A DNA stretch of 64,000 bases, taken from assembly GCA_015134075.1 (NCBI GenBank), contig CP062308.1:13439-77438 (forward strand). Direction: 5' to 3'. How positions within the stretch are numbered: the stretch's first letter is position 1; every line of letters begins with the position of its first letter. The notes beneath the pieces were generated by a model that saw nothing but the letters and a program-made list of their open reading frames with translations, had not been told where the DNA came from and did not search any database. Positions 26,696 through 39,274 of the stretch are shown here, in pieces. A program made the translations under genes and the position numbers. This stretch comes from Candidatus Stammera capleta (lineage in GTDB: Bacteria; Pseudomonadota; Gammaproteobacteria; Enterobacterales; Enterobacteriaceae).

Positions 26696-27238
26696 TTATT
26701 TAATTTTTTTTTTACTTTCTTTTATTTTAACAAATTCATTTTTATATCTTATTCCTTTTCCAGATTTATAACATTCAGGTTTCTTAAAAGATCTTATTTC
26801 TGACGCTATCTGTCCAACTAATTGTTTATCATAACCTTTTATAATTATATTATTGAAATCAATACATTTAATTGAAACACTTAAAGGAATTTTATATTTA
26901 ATAGTATAAGAAAAACCTAAATTTAAAAATAAAATATTATTTTCTATATAAGCTTTATAACCAATACCAACTAAAACCAATTTTTTAGAAAAACCATTAA
27001 TTAATCCAATTATATAATTATTAATTATAGATCTAGTTGTTCCAGCATACATCCAGGAATTAAAATATTTTTTATTAACATTAAAAAATATTTTATTATC
27101 TGTAATAGATAAAATAACAGATGGATGAATAACACATTTTATTTTTAATTTATCTTTAATTAAAAATAAAACGTTTTTATTAAAAAAAAATTTAATAGAA
27201 CTTGGAATTATAACAGGATTTTTAGCAATACGTGACAT
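26696..27238 (-). CDS. rplF: 50S ribosomal protein L6
   Basis: [17 protein letters not shown].. and ..[18 protein letters not shown]. Confidence 0.93.
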   Translation of the reverse strand: MSRIAKNPVIIPSSIKFFFNKNVLFLIKDKLKIKCVIHPSVILSITDNKIFFNVNKKYFNSWMYAGTTRSIINNYIIGLINGFSKKLVLVGIGYKAYIENNILFLNLGFSYTIKYKIPLSVSIKCIDFNNIIIKGYDKQLVGQIASEIRSFKKPECYKSGKGIRYKNEFVKIKESKKKIK

Positions 27239-27252
27239 ATAATTTACACCTA

Positions 27253-27651
27253 TTAATATATACTACAAATAATTTCTCCACCTATATTTAATAAACGAGC
27301 CTGTTTATCTGTCATAACACCTTTATTAGTAGATACTATAATAACACCTAAACCTGATTTTAAAATAGGTATCTTTTTACAAGACATATATATACGTAAA
27401 CTAGGACGACTAATTTGAACTAGTTCATAGATAACAGGAACATTAGAAAAATATTTTAAATATACTAAAATTTTTTTTTTATTATTATTTAATATAATAA
27501 TTTTAATTTTTCTTATAAAACCTTCTTTTAAAAATATATCTAAAATAGATTTTTTAAACTTAGAATAATAAATTTCAACAATATTTTTTTTAGATAATTG
27601 AGAATTTCTTATACAAGTTAACATATTTCCAATAGGATCTTGCATACTCAT
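27253..27651 (-). CDS. rpsH: 30S ribosomal protein S8
   Basis: The start is taken at MSMQDPIGNMLTCIRNS (identical start to E. coli MSMQDPIADMLTRIRN). The track ORF begins 27 nt further upstream. Confidence 0.93.
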   Translation of the reverse strand: MSMQDPIGNMLTCIRNSQLSKKNIVEIYYSKFKKSILDIFLKEGFIRKIKIIILNNNKKKILVYLKYFSNVPVIYELVQISRPSLRIYMSCKKIPILKSGLGVIIVSTNKGVMTDKQARLLNIGGEIICSIY

Positions 27652-27671
27652 ATTTTTACCCAGCAAAATAA

Positions 27672-27977
27672 TTATCAACTAGATTTTTTTAATCCAGGAA
27701 TATCACCATTTACAGCAAATTCACGAAACTTAATTCTACTTAAACCAAATTTTCTTAAAAAACCATGAGATCTACCAGTTTGTCTACATCTATTACGTTG
27801 TCTAATAATACTAGAATCTCTTGGTAAAGATTGTAATTTAATAACTGCTTTCCATCTATCTTTATTAGAAATATTAATATTAGAAATAATTTTTTTTAAT
27901 TTCATTCTTATTAAATAAAATTTTTTTGCTAAAATTTTTCTTTTTTTTTCACGAGCTAATATAGATTTTTTTGTCAT
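27672..27977 (-). CDS. rpsN: 30S ribosomal protein S14
   Basis: The track ORF ends ..[10 protein letters not shown] followed by TGA 27675-27677 and then TAA 27672-27674. E. coli S14 ends ..GEIPGLKKASW, so the TGA encodes the conserved terminal Trp. Confidence 0.96.
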
Positions 27978-27979
27978 AA

Positions 27980-28525
27980 TTAATTAAATAGTTTAAATGG
28001 AAAATAAAAATATTTTAATAATTTAAATGATTCATTAATTCCATTATTTTTAATAATAATAGATATATTTAAACCATGATTACAAATAATTTTTTCATAA
28101 TTTATTTCTGGAAAAATATTATGTTCCTTTATCCCAATATTTAAATTTCCATTTTTATCAAAAGATTTTTTAGAAAAACCTCTAAAATCTCTTATTCTAG
28201 GAATAACTATAAATATTAATTTATCTAAAAAATTTCACATATTATCTTTTCTTAAAGTAACTTTACAACCAATAATAAAATTTTTTCTAATTTTAAAATT
28301 AGATATAGACTTTTTTGATCTAGTAAAAATAGGTTTTTGACCAGAAATAAGTTTTAAATTTAAAAAAACATCATTAATTTTCTTTTTCTCTAAAAATTCT
28401 GAATTTAATGAAACATTTAAAACAATTTTAACTAATTTAGGAACCTGCATAACAGAAATATAATTAAATTTCTTAATTAATTTTTTTTTAACAACATTAT
28501 TATATAAATCAAATAATTTACTCAT
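27980..28525 (-). CDS. rplE: 50S ribosomal protein L5
   Basis: Track fragment 28235..28525 plus 85 codons after TGA 28235-28237 (..[28 protein letters not shown]..); 181 aa. Confidence 0.93.
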
Positions 28526-28526
28526 A

Positions 28527-28850
28527 TTATTTAATAATCATATTATTATATTTTAAATAACGTTTTTTTTTATTTTTTATATATATAAAACCAATTCTAG
28601 AAACAAAAATTTTTCCAGAAATAATACAAAAATGACTAATATTAGAAATATCTACTCAAGATTCTTTCTTATAAATACCTCCAACTATGTTACTAGATGG
28701 AATAGATTTTTTATGTTTAAAAACTAAATTTAAACCATCTAATAATACTTTATTATTTTTTAAAGAAATTTTTTTAATTATACCTTCTTTACCTTTATCT
28801 TTTCCAGTAATAATAAAAACTTTATCGTTTAAATGAAATTTACATGCCAT
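28527..28850 (-). CDS. rplX: 50S ribosomal protein L24
   Basis: MACKFHLNDKVFIITGKDKGKEG.. (KOW motif), continued through TGA 28656-28658 to TAA 28527-28529. Confidence 0.9.
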
Positions 28851-28865
28851 AATAAATACCAAAAA

Positions 28866-29237
28866 TTAAACAACTTCAGGAGCTAAAGATATAATTTTAA
28901 TAAATCTATCTGATCTAATTTCTCTAGCTACAGGACCAAATATTCTAGTACCAAAAGGTTGATAATTAGTACTATTTAATATTACACAAGAATTATTATC
29001 AAATCTAACAAAAGATCCATCAGATCTAGATACTCCATATTTTGAACGAATTATAACAGCTCTTAAAACATCACCTTTTTTAATTTTACTATAAGAAATA
29101 ACTTCTTTAGCCACTACTTTAATTATATCACCAATATTTGCATATTTTCTTTTACTACCACCTAAAATTCTAATACACATTACTATTTTAATACCTGAAT
29201 TATCAGCAACCTTTAACAATGATCTTTCTTGAATCAT
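28866..29237 (-). CDS. rplN: 50S ribosomal protein L14
   Basis: [28 protein letters not shown]..; 123 aa. Confidence 0.96.
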   Translation of the reverse strand: MIQERSLLKVADNSGIKIVMCIRILGGSKRKYANIGDIIKVVAKEVISYSKIKKGDVLRAVIIRSKYGVSRSDGSFVRFDNNSCVILNSTNYQPFGTRIFGPVAREIRSDRFIKIISLAPEVV

Positions 29238-29248
29238 AATATATCCAA

Positions 29249-29491
29249 TTATTTTTTACTAATAAATTTATTTAAAATTCAACATTTTTTTTTAGATAAA
29301 GGACGAGATGAAATTACTTCAACAAAATCTCCTTTTTTACATTTATTTAATTCATCATGAACATATAATTTAATATTTTTTTTAATATATTTACCATAAA
29401 CTTTATTTTTTCTATATTTAGAAACTTTAACAATAATAGTTTTATTCATTTTATTACTTATTACTAAACCACAAATTTTTTTAATAACCAT
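29249..29491 (-). CDS. rpsQ: 30S ribosomal protein S17
   Basis: The track ORF ends ..RPLSKKKC followed by TGA (29279-29281). E. coli has ..RPLSKTKSW at this point. Read-through adds 9 codons to TAA 29249-29251. Confidence 0.93.
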
Positions 29492-29688
29492 TATTTTTCC
29501 TTCAAAAAATTACATAAAAATGTTCTTAATTTAGCTATTTTTTTTTTACATAATTTAATTAAATGAGTTTTTTTTAAATTACCAGATAATTTATATATTT
29601 TTAAATTAAACTTTTCTTTTAATAAATTATTTAATTCTAATTTTAATTCTTTTATTTTTTTATTTTTTAAAAATTTATTGTTTGACAT
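29491..29688 (-). CDS. rpmC: 50S ribosomal protein L29
   Basis: 65-aa basic coiled ORF in the L16-L29-S17 position. Confidence 0.85.
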   Translation of the reverse strand: MSNNKFLKNKKIKELKLELNNLLKEKFNLKIYKLSGNLKKTHLIKLCKKKIAKLRTFLCNFLKEK

Positions 29689-30098
29689 AATAAATTATTT
29701 CTAATAACAAAAATAGTTTTAACAGATAATTTTGCACTAGCTAATTTAAAAGCTTTCTTAGCTAAATTTTCATTAACACCAGACAATTCATATAATATTT
29801 TCCCAGGTTTTATAACAGAAACTCAATATTCAACATTACCTTTACCTTTACCCATTCTTACTTCTAAAGGTTTTTTAGTCATAGGTTTATCTGGAAAAAT
29901 TCTTATTCATATATAACCTTGCTTTTTTAAAACACGAGTAATAACTCTTCTAGCAGATTCAATTTGTTTAGAAGATATAAACCCTCTAGTAATAGCTTTT
30001 AAACCAAATTTCCCAAAAATAATATTAATATCATTAGATATTCCTTTATTACGACCTTTTTGCATTTTTTTATATTTAGTTTTTTTAGGACATAACAT
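29667..30098 (-). CDS. rplP: 50S ribosomal protein L16
   Basis: [19 protein letters not shown].. continues as ..[43 protein letters not shown].., with both conserved Trp residues as TGA (29907-29909, 29823-29825). The tail overlaps the rpmC start by 22 nt. Confidence 0.93.
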
Positions 30099-30099
30099 A

Positions 30100-30822
30100 T
30101 TAATACCTTTTTCTTTTACTTATTAATTTTTTTCTATAAATTTTTTTAGAATTAAAAATATTTTTATTATATATTTTAATAGAATGATATTTATCAAAAA
30201 TTTCATTTTTAAAAATTCAAACTTTAATTCCAATAACTCCATAAGCAGTAATAGCTTTAGATACACAATAATCTATATCTGCTCTTAATGTATGTAATGG
30301 AATTCTTCCTTCTCTATATCATTCTCTTCTAGCTATTTCAGTTCCACCTAATCTACCACTAATTTCTACTTTTATCCCTTTAACACCTAAACGAATAGCA
30401 TTATTAATAGATCTTTTCATAACTCTTCTAAACATCATTCTTTTTTCTAATTGAAAAGATATATTATCAGCAATTAATTTAGCATCAATTTCTATTTTTT
30501 TTATTTCATATATATTTATTTGACATGGAACATTAGAAATTAAAGAAACTTTTTTTTTTAATTTTTCAATATCTTCTCCTTTTTTTCCTATAACAACACC
30601 AGGTCTAGCAGTATATATAGTTATTTTAATACTTTTATTAGCAGGTCTTTCAATTAATATTTTAGATATTAACGCTTTATATAATTTTTTATTTAAATAA
30701 GATCTAACTTTAAAATCATTTTCTAAATTATTTGCAAAATCTTTTTTAGTAGCAAATCAAGTAGAATTTCACATCTTTGTAATACCAAAACGAATTACAT
30801 TAGGATTAACTTTTTGACCCAT
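30100..30822 (-). CDS. rpsC: 30S ribosomal protein S3
   Basis: Not in the track. Hand translation gives [24 protein letters not shown]...[40 protein letters not shown]..; 240 aa, with 5 in-frame TGA. Confidence 0.95.
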
Positions 30823-30840
30823 ATAATACCTTTAATAAAA

Positions 30841-31170
30841 TTAAGAAATAATTATTGTAATATGACTTGTTTTTTTTAAAATATAATTTATTCTTCCTTT
30901 ATTTCTATATAAAATACGTTTATAAAAAACAGCTTTATCTATATATATTTGACTTATTATTAAAGAATTACTTTTAATTCCATTATTATGTTTTGCATTA
31001 GATAAAGCAGAATATAAAGTTTTTCTAATTAAAATAGCAGCTTTTTTTTTCATAAAAAATAAAACATTTAAAGATCAATTAACCTTTTTACCTCTAATAA
31101 AATTAGCTACTATTCTTAATTTTCTATCCGATATATTAACATAACGATTTTTTGCTATTATATTTACCAT
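30841..31170 (-). CDS. rplV: 50S ribosomal protein L22
   Basis: The track fragment (..RILYRNKGRINYILKKTSHITIIIS) plus 39 upstream codons MVNIIAKNRYVNISDRKLRIVANFIRGKKVNW.. through TGA. Confidence 0.92.
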
Positions 31171-31189
31171 AAATATATTTCCTAACAAA

Positions 31190-31471
31190 TTATTCTTTTT
31201 TTATTTTTTTCGTATTAGATAAATGTCCTCTATAAGTTCTTGTTGGAGAAAATTCTCCTAATTTATGACCAATCATTTCTTCAGTAATATATACTGGTAT
31301 ATGAATTTTACCATTATGAACCAAAATTGTTAATCCAACCATATTAGGTATTATTGTAGATCTTCTTGATCAAGTTTTTATAGGAGTTTTATTTTTACTT
31401 AATAAAGCTTTTTCTATTTTTTTAAATAAATGAAAATCAATAAATGGACCTTTTTTAAAAGAACGAGACAT
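31190..31471 (-). CDS. rpsS: 30S ribosomal protein S19
   Basis: Not in the track. [71 protein letters not shown].. Confidence 0.95.
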
Positions 31472-31490
31472 TTTACTTAACCTTTATAAA

Positions 31491-32312
<822 letters not shown>

Positions 32313-32321
32313 AATTATACC

Positions 32322-32630
32322 TTATACCGAAAATATATCATTTAATTTAATTTTTTGATCCTTTTTTAAAATAACATAAACTTTTTTTCAAATTTTAGTA
32401 TAACCTATTTTTTTTTTATTTATTTTTTTTTTTCTTTTAACTAACAATGTTCTTATTTTTTTAATTTTTACACCAAAAACTTTAGATATACAATTAAATA
32501 TATCTAATTTATTTATATTTTTATTAAATTTAAAAACTAAAGTATTATTATTTTTCTTAAAAAAAGATGTTTTACTTGAAAAACAAATTTTTTTAATACA
32601 ATCAAAACAATTATAAATTTTATTATGCAT
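32322..32630 (-). CDS. rplW: 50S ribosomal protein L23
   Basis: The track ORF ends ..IGYTKI followed by TGA. Read-through gives W KKVYVILKKDQKI.., against E. coli ..SDWKKAYVTLKEGQ. The start is taken at MHNKIYN; the upstream ATG at 32648 is an alternative. Confidence 0.88.
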
Positions 32631-33234
32631 TAATACATTTATCCTCAAACTTCTTTATAGATTTTAAAGTAAAAACAACATTTCTGCATTTAATTAAATC
32701 TAATACATTTATATTATTAATATTAATAATTTTAACACTAAATAAATTTCTAGTAGATAAATATAAAAATCTATCAAAACTATCATTTATTATTAACAAC
32801 TTTCTAATATCTAAAAAATTAAATTTTTCTAAAAATTTCTTAGTTTTTGGTTTATCAATTTTAATTTTATTAAAAACATAAAATCTAGATGATCTATATA
32901 ATTCAGACAAAACAATTTTTAAAGAATTTAAATAAACCTTTTTATTTATTTTTGAATAATATTTTTTAGGTTTAGATGCAAAAGTAACACCTCCAGATCT
33001 TCATATAGGACTTTTAATAGATCCAGACCTAGCTCTACCAGTACCTTTTTGTTTTCAAGGTTTTTTATTAGATCCTCTTACTTCAGACCTAGATTTTTGA
33101 GAAACACTACCTTGACGACAATTATGTCTAAAAGAAACTACAACTTGATGTATTAAAGACATATTAAAAGGAACATTAAAAATATTATCTAACAATGTAA
33201 TATTACTATTAGTATCTTTTAAAATTATATCCAT
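32623..33234 (-). CDS. rplD: 50S ribosomal protein L4
   Basis: Track fragment plus an N-terminal half containing ..SQKSRSEVRGSNKKPW KQKGTGRARSGSIKSPIW RSGGVTF..; 203 aa. Confidence 0.93.
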
Positions 33235-33252
33235 AAAAATCTCTTAAATTAT

Positions 33253-33867
33253 TTACTTAGATTTAACAATAACATAACTATTATTAAAACCAGGTACACA
33301 TCCTTTAACAATAAGTAAATTTTTTTCTAAATATATATTAACAACATCAAGATTTTTTTTAGTAACTTTAAAATTACCTAAATGACCAGACATTTTTTTA
33401 CCTTTAAAAACTTTTCCAGGACTTTGATTTTGACCAATAGAACCAGGAACTCTATGTGATAAAGAATTACCATGACTTTTATCTTGAGTTTTAAAATTTC
33501 ATCTTTTAATAGTACCAGAAAAACCTTTTCCTTTAGAAATACCAGTTACATTAACTTTATTTATATTATTAAATATACTAACATCTAAATTTTTACCAAT
33601 TTCAGTATGTAAATTTTTAATATACGGAACTTCATATAAATATAATCCAGGCTTTACATTTATTTTTTTAAAAAAAATTTTTCTAGATCTATTAAGTTTT
33701 TTAAAATTAACTTTACCAGTAGTTATTTGAACTTTTTTTTTATTACTACTTTTATTTATAGAAGTAATAATATTATTACTAAATTCTATTATAGTAACAG
33801 GTATAAACAAATTATTTAAATCAAGTATTTGTGTCATACCAATTTTTTTTCCCATTAAAACAATCAT
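33253..33867 (-). CDS. rplC: 50S ribosomal protein L3
   Basis: [15 protein letters not shown].. plus a tail after TGA 33499-33501 (..[41 protein letters not shown]..). Confidence 0.95.
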
Positions 33868-33890
33868 ATTTTTTATAATAATAAATATTA

Positions 33891-34202
33891 TTATCCTAAA
33901 CTTATTTGAACATCAACACCAGAAGCTAAATTTAACCTCATTAAAGCATCAACAGTTTTATCTGTAGATTCTACTATATCTATTAAACGTTTATGTATTC
34001 TAATTTCATATTGATCTCTAGCATCTTTATCAACATGAGGAGAAGTTAAAACAGTAAAACGTTCAATAGAAGTAGGTAATGGTATAGGACCACAAACTCT
34101 AGCTCCAGTTTTTCTAGCAGTTTCTATTATATCTAAAGTAGATATATCTATTAAACGATGATCAAAAGATTTTAATTTTATTCTCATTCTTTGATTTTTC
34201 AT
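33891..34202 (-). CDS. rpsJ: 30S ribosomal protein S10
   Basis: [22 protein letters not shown]...; 103 aa. Confidence 0.96.
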   Translation of the reverse strand: MKNQRMRIKLKSFDHRLIDISTLDIIETARKTGARVCGPIPLPTSIERFTVLTSPHVDKDARDQYEIRIHKRLIDIVESTDKTVDALMRLNLASGVDVQISLG

Positions 34203-34217
34203 AAAAATTTCAAATAA

Positions 34218-35402
34218 TTAAACAATAATTTTACTAACTATTCCAGCACCAACAGTACGACCTCCTTCTCTAATAGCAAAACGTAAACCTTCATCCATAG
34301 CTATAGGATTAAATAATTTAACAAAAATTTTAACATTATCTCCAGGCATAATCATATCAACACCTTTAGGTAATTCTATTGTACCAGTAACATCAGTAGT
34401 TCTAAAATAAAATTGAGGACGATAACCATTTAAGAATGGAGTATGTCTTCCTCCTTCTTCTTTTGATAATACATAAACTTCAGATTCAAAATAAGTATGA
34501 GGATTAATAGTACCAGGTTTTGATAAAACTTGACCTCTTTCTATATCTTCTCTTTTAATACCTCTTAATAAAATACCAACATTTTCTCCAGCTCTTCCTT
34601 CATCAAGAAATTTACGAAACATTTCAATACCAGTACAAATAGATTTTTGAGTATTTCTTATACCAACTATTTCAACTTCATCACCTATTTTAATAATACC
34701 TTTTTCTATTCTTCCAGTTACAACTGTACCTCTTCCAGATATAGAAAAAATATCCTCTATTGGTAATAAAAATGATTTATCAATATCTCTTTTAGGATCA
34801 GGAATATAACTATCTAAAACATTAGATAAATCAAAAATTTTTTTTTCTCATTTATTTATACCATCTAATGCTTTTAAAGCTGATCCTCTAATAATTGGAG
34901 TTTTATCTCCAGGAAAATTATATTGATTTAATATATCTCTTACTTCCATTTCCACTAATTCTAATAACTCTTCATCATCAACCATGTCACATTTATTTAA
35001 AAAAACAACAATATAAGGTACACCAACTTGTCTAGCTAATAAAATATGTTCTCTTGTTTGAGGCATAGGACCATCAGTTGCAGCAACAACTAAAATAGCA
35101 CCATCCATTTGAGCAGCACCAGTAATCATATTTTTTATATAATCAGCATGACCTGGACAATCAACATGAGCATAATGTCTTAATTTAGTATCATATTCAA
35201 CATGAGAAGTATTAATAGTTATACCTCTTTCTTTTTCTTCAGGAGCATTATCTATTTGATCAAAAGCACATGGTTTTCCACCATATTTTTTTGCCAAAAT
35301 TGTTGTAATTGCTGAAGTTAAAGTAGTCTTACCATGATCAACATGACCTATAGTTCCTACATTAATATGTATTTTAGAACGATTAAATTTTTCTTTTGAC
35401 AT
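34218..35402 (-). CDS. tuf: elongation factor Tu
   Basis: Track fragments 34218..34622 and 34848..35402 are in the same frame. TGA 34848-34850 aligns with the single Trp of E. coli EF-Tu (..AEWEAKI.., here ..INKW EKKI..). 394 aa. Confidence 0.98.
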
Positions 35403-35421
35403 AAATATCCTATATTTATTA

Positions 35422-37551
35422 TTAATAATTACGTAATTTTACTATTTTTTCACAAATATATCCAGGAGTAACTTTATATCTATAAAATTCCATAGAATAT
35501 AAAGCTCTTCCTTGAGTTTGAGATCTTAAATCAGTAGCATAACCAAACATTTCTGATAATGGAACATAAGATTTAATTAATTTACCTAAATTAATATCAT
35601 TTATTTCATCTATAATTGCTCTACGACGATTTAAATCACTTATTACATTACCCATATAATATTCTGGAGTTTCAACATCAACTTTCATAATTGGTTCTAA
35701 TAAAATAGGCTTAGCCTTTAAAAAAGCTTTTTTAAAAGCAATTGAAGCAGCTATTTTAAATGCTATCTCAGAAGAATCAACATCATGATATGATCCAAAA
35801 AATAATCTCACTTTTATATTTACTACTGGATACCCAGCTAAGGGACCACATCTTAATTGTTCTTGTATTCCTTTATCTATAGATTGTATATATTCATTTG
35901 GAATAACACCACCTTTTATATCATTAATAAATAAATAACCATTTTTAGATTTAGATATCTCTGATTCCAATAAAGGAGATAAATCAATAACAACATGTCC
36001 ATATTGACCCCTTCCTCCAGTTTGTTTTATATATTTACCTTCAACGTTTTTAATACTATTCAATATAGTTTCTCTATAAGCAACTTCAGGTTTACCAATA
36101 CTACAATTTACATTAAATTCTCTTTTCATCCTATCAACTATAATTTCCAAATGTAATTCACCCATACCAGATATTATTGTTTGATTAGATTCTTTATTAA
36201 AAAAACTCTTAAATGTAGGATCTTCTTTTGTTAAACGAGATAAAGCAATACCCATTTTTTCTTGATCTAATTTAGTTTTAGGTTCAATAGAAACTGAAAT
36301 TACAGGATTTGGAAATTTTATCTTTTCTAATAAAATAGGATTATTAATATCACATAAAGTATCACCAGTAACAACATCTTTTAATCCTATAGCAGCTGCT
36401 ATATCTCCAGCAAAAACTTCTTTAATTTCTTCTTTTTTATTAGCATGCATTTGAACTATACGACCAATTCTTTCCTTTTTATTAGTAGTAGAATTTAAAA
36501 CAGTATTTCCAGATTTAATAAATCCTGAATAAATTCTTAAAAAAGTTAAATTTCCAACAAATGGATCATTAGTAACTTTAAAAGCTAAAGAAGAAAAAGG
36601 TTCTGATTCAGAAGATAAACGACAAATATTATCATTATTTTTAATATTCAAACCACATATTTTACCTATATCTTTAGGAGAAGGTAAATAATCAATTATA
36701 CAATCTAATAAACATTGAATTCCTTTGTTTTTAAAAGCAGATCCACATGTAACTAATAAAATATCATTATTTAAAACTTTTTTTCTTAAAACTAATTTAA
36801 TTTCTTTTTCACTAAAATTTTCACCATTTAAATATCTATTTGTGTATTCATCAGAATAATCAGCAACTAATTCAATAATTTTATTTCTTCAAAAAATAAA
36901 AGAATCGTAAAAACTATTTTTTTTACTAATATTATTAGTAATATAATTTAATCCAAAATTATCATTTTTTCAAATAATAAATTTTTCTTTAATTAAATCA
37001 ATAATTCCAGAAAAATTATCTTCTGAACCTATAGGTAATTGAATTGGTAAAACAGAAACATTAAACTTATCTTTTAAATCATCTAATACATTAAAAAAAT
37101 TAGATCCAACACGATCCATTTTATTTACAAAAGCAATACGAGGAACATTATATTTATTAACTTGTTTTCAAACAGTTTCAGATTGAGGCTGAACTCCACC
37201 AACAGAACAATATACCATAACAGCTCCATCTAATACTCTCATTGATCTTTCTACTTCAACAGTAAAATCTACATGACCTGGAGTATCTATAATATTTATC
37301 CTATATGGATTAACATATTGTTTGAACATACCTGATCAAAATGTAGTAGTAGAAGCAGAAGTTATAGTAATACCTCTTTCTTGTTCTTGTTCCATTCAAT
37401 CCATTGTAGCTGTTCCATCATGAACTTCACCTAATTTATAATTAACACCAGTATAAAATAAAATTCGCTCAGTTAAAGTAGTTTTTCCAGCATCAATATG
37501 AGCACTAATACCAATATTACGATAATTTAATATAGATGTAATACGAGACAT
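35422..37551 (-). CDS. fusA: elongation factor G
   Basis: Track fragment 35422..36651 plus 300 upstream codons that are open apart from TGA. N terminus [55 protein letters not shown]. Confidence 0.97.
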
Positions 37552-37578
37552 ATAAATTCCTCAATATAAAAATTAAAA

Positions 37579-38049
37579 TTATCATCTATAATGAGCAAAA
37601 GCTTTATTAGATTCAGCAATACGATGAATTTCATCACGTTTTTTAATTGATAAACCTTTTTTATTTATTGCATCTAATAATTCATCAGCTAAATTTAAAA
37701 ACATTTTTTTATTAGATCTTTTTCTAGCAGAAAAAATAATTCAACGTATAGCTAAAGTATAACCTCTTGACGGTCTAACCTCTACTGGAATTCTATAAGT
37801 AGTACCACCAACTCTTCTAGATTTAACTTCAACTATAGGTTTAACATTATTTAATGCTAATTTTAATAATTCTAAACCACTTTTCTTAACTTTTTTAGAA
37901 ATTATATTTAAAGATTTATATAAAATATTTGCAGCAATTGATTTTTTTCCATCATACATTAATATATTTATAAATTTAGAAACTAATTCAGAATTATATA
38001 TATAATCAGAAACAATTTTCCTATTATTAAAAACAACACGACGAGACAT
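37579..38049 (-). CDS. rpsG: 30S ribosomal protein S7
   Basis: The start is taken at [12 protein letters not shown].. The gene ends ..NKAFAHYR followed by TGA (37582-37584) and then TAA. E. coli S7 ends ..NKAFAHYRW. There is also an internal TGA at 37741-37743 (..LAIRW I..). Confidence 0.95.
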
Positions 38050-38080
38050 TAAATAATCCTCATAATAAATAAACATCCAT

Positions 38081-38449
38081 TTAATTTTTTTTAACTCCAT
38101 ATTTTGATCTAGATCTTTTTCTATCTTTTACACCACTACAATCTAAAGAACCTCTAATTACATGATAACGAACTCCTGGAAGATCCTTTACTCTTCCACC
38201 TCTAATTAATACAATAGAATGTTCTTGTAAATTATGACCCTCTCCAGGTATATAAGCTGTAACTTCTAAATTATTAGTTAAACGAACTCTACAAACTTTT
38301 CTAAGAGCAGAATTTGGTTTCTTAGGAGTAGTAGTATAAACTTTTATACATACACCTCTTTTTTGAGGACAACTATTTAAAGCAGGAACATTATTTTTAA
38401 TAATTTTTCTTAAACGAGATTTACGTAATAATTGATTTATTGTAGACAT
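38081..38449 (-). CDS. rpsL: 30S ribosomal protein S12
   Basis: [32 protein letters not shown]..; 122 aa. Confidence 0.97.
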   Translation of the reverse strand: MSTINQLLRKSRLRKIIKNNVPALNSCPQKRGVCIKVYTTTPKKPNSALRKVCRVRLTNNLEVTAYIPGEGHNLQEHSIVLIRGGRVKDLPGVRYHVIRGSLDCSGVKDRKRSRSKYGVKKN

Positions 38450-38620
38450 AAAATTATAAATAAAATATTAAATATAAATAATATTTAAATTAAATAAAAT
38501 AATAATACAAATTAACACAATATATATTTTACTATATTTTATATATTTATACTAATTTTAAAAAATTAAATTTTATTTTTATACAAATATATTATATAAT
38601 ATATATTTAATATTTTATAT

Positions 38621-38692
38621 AGCGTGTTGGCAGACAGGTAATGCACTGGATTGCAAATCCATATAATCCCGGTTCAATTCCGGGACACGCTT
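38621..38692 (+). tRNA. tRNA-Cys (anticodon GCA at 38653-38655)
   Basis: G+C-rich island. 7-bp acceptor stem AGCGTGT/ACACGCT, T-arm GGTTCAATTCC.., anticodon loop TTGCAAA, discriminator U. No encoded CCA. Confidence 0.85.
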
Positions 38693-38709
38693 AATACAAA
38701 TTATATTAA

Positions 38710-38794
38710 GCCCAAGTGGTGGAAAGGTAGACACAAGGGACTTAAAATCCCTCAGTTACATAAAACTGTGCGGGTTCGAATCCCGCCTTGGGTA
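38710..38794 (+). tRNA. tRNA-Leu (anticodon TAA at 38743-38745), class II with long variable arm
   Basis: Acceptor GCCCAAG/CTTGGGT, anticodon stem AGGGA/TCCCT with loop CTTAAAA, a variable-arm hairpin CAGTT..AACTG, and T-loop GGTTCGAATCC. Discriminator A. Adjacent to tRNA-Cys, as cysT-leuZ are in E. coli. Confidence 0.88.
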
Positions 38795-38810
38795 ATAAAA
38801 TAATAATAAT

Positions 38811-39263
38811 ATGTCAATATTAAAAATAATTACATACCCAAATAAAATATTAAGAAAAAAAAGTAAAATAGTTACTTTATTTAATAAAGAATTAAAAAAA
38901 AATATATCAGATATGTTTGATACCATGTATTACAATAATGGTATTGGATTAGCAGCAATACAAGTAAATATAAATAAATCAATAATTATAATAGATGTTT
39001 TTAAAAAAAAATTTAGTAAATTAATATTTATTAATCCAAAAATAATAAAAAAAAAAAAAGTAATTATTTCAAAAGAAAGTTGTCTATCAATAAAAAATTT
39101 TAGTTCATATATAAAAAGACATAAAAAAATAATAATAGAAGCATATAATATATATGGAAAAAAAATAAAATTCAAATGTAAAAATATATTATCTATATGT
39201 ATTCAACATGAAATAGATCACACTAAAGGAATATTATTTATAGATCATATAAATAAATATTAA
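38811..39263 (+). CDS. def: peptide deformylase
   Basis: GIGLAAIQV, ESCLS and QHEIDH motifs; upstream of fmt. Confidence 0.93.
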   Translation: MSILKIITYPNKILRKKSKIVTLFNKELKKNISDMFDTMYYNNGIGLAAIQVNINKSIIIIDVFKKKFSKLIFINPKIIKKKKVIISKESCLSIKNFSSYIKRHKKIIIEAYNIYGKKIKFKCKNILSICIQHEIDHTKGILFIDHINKY

Positions 39264-39274
39264 ACAAAATAAAT

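Noticed and set aside
27652-27678. N-terminal extensions in track ORFs for rpsH (to 27678), rpsG (to 38100), rplO (to 25797), rplX (to 28862) and nusA (from 59751).
   Set aside because: Orthologue N termini (MSMQDP.., MSRR.., MNKEILAV..) begin at an internal ATG. The extensions overlap the upstream gene or add non-homologous residues.
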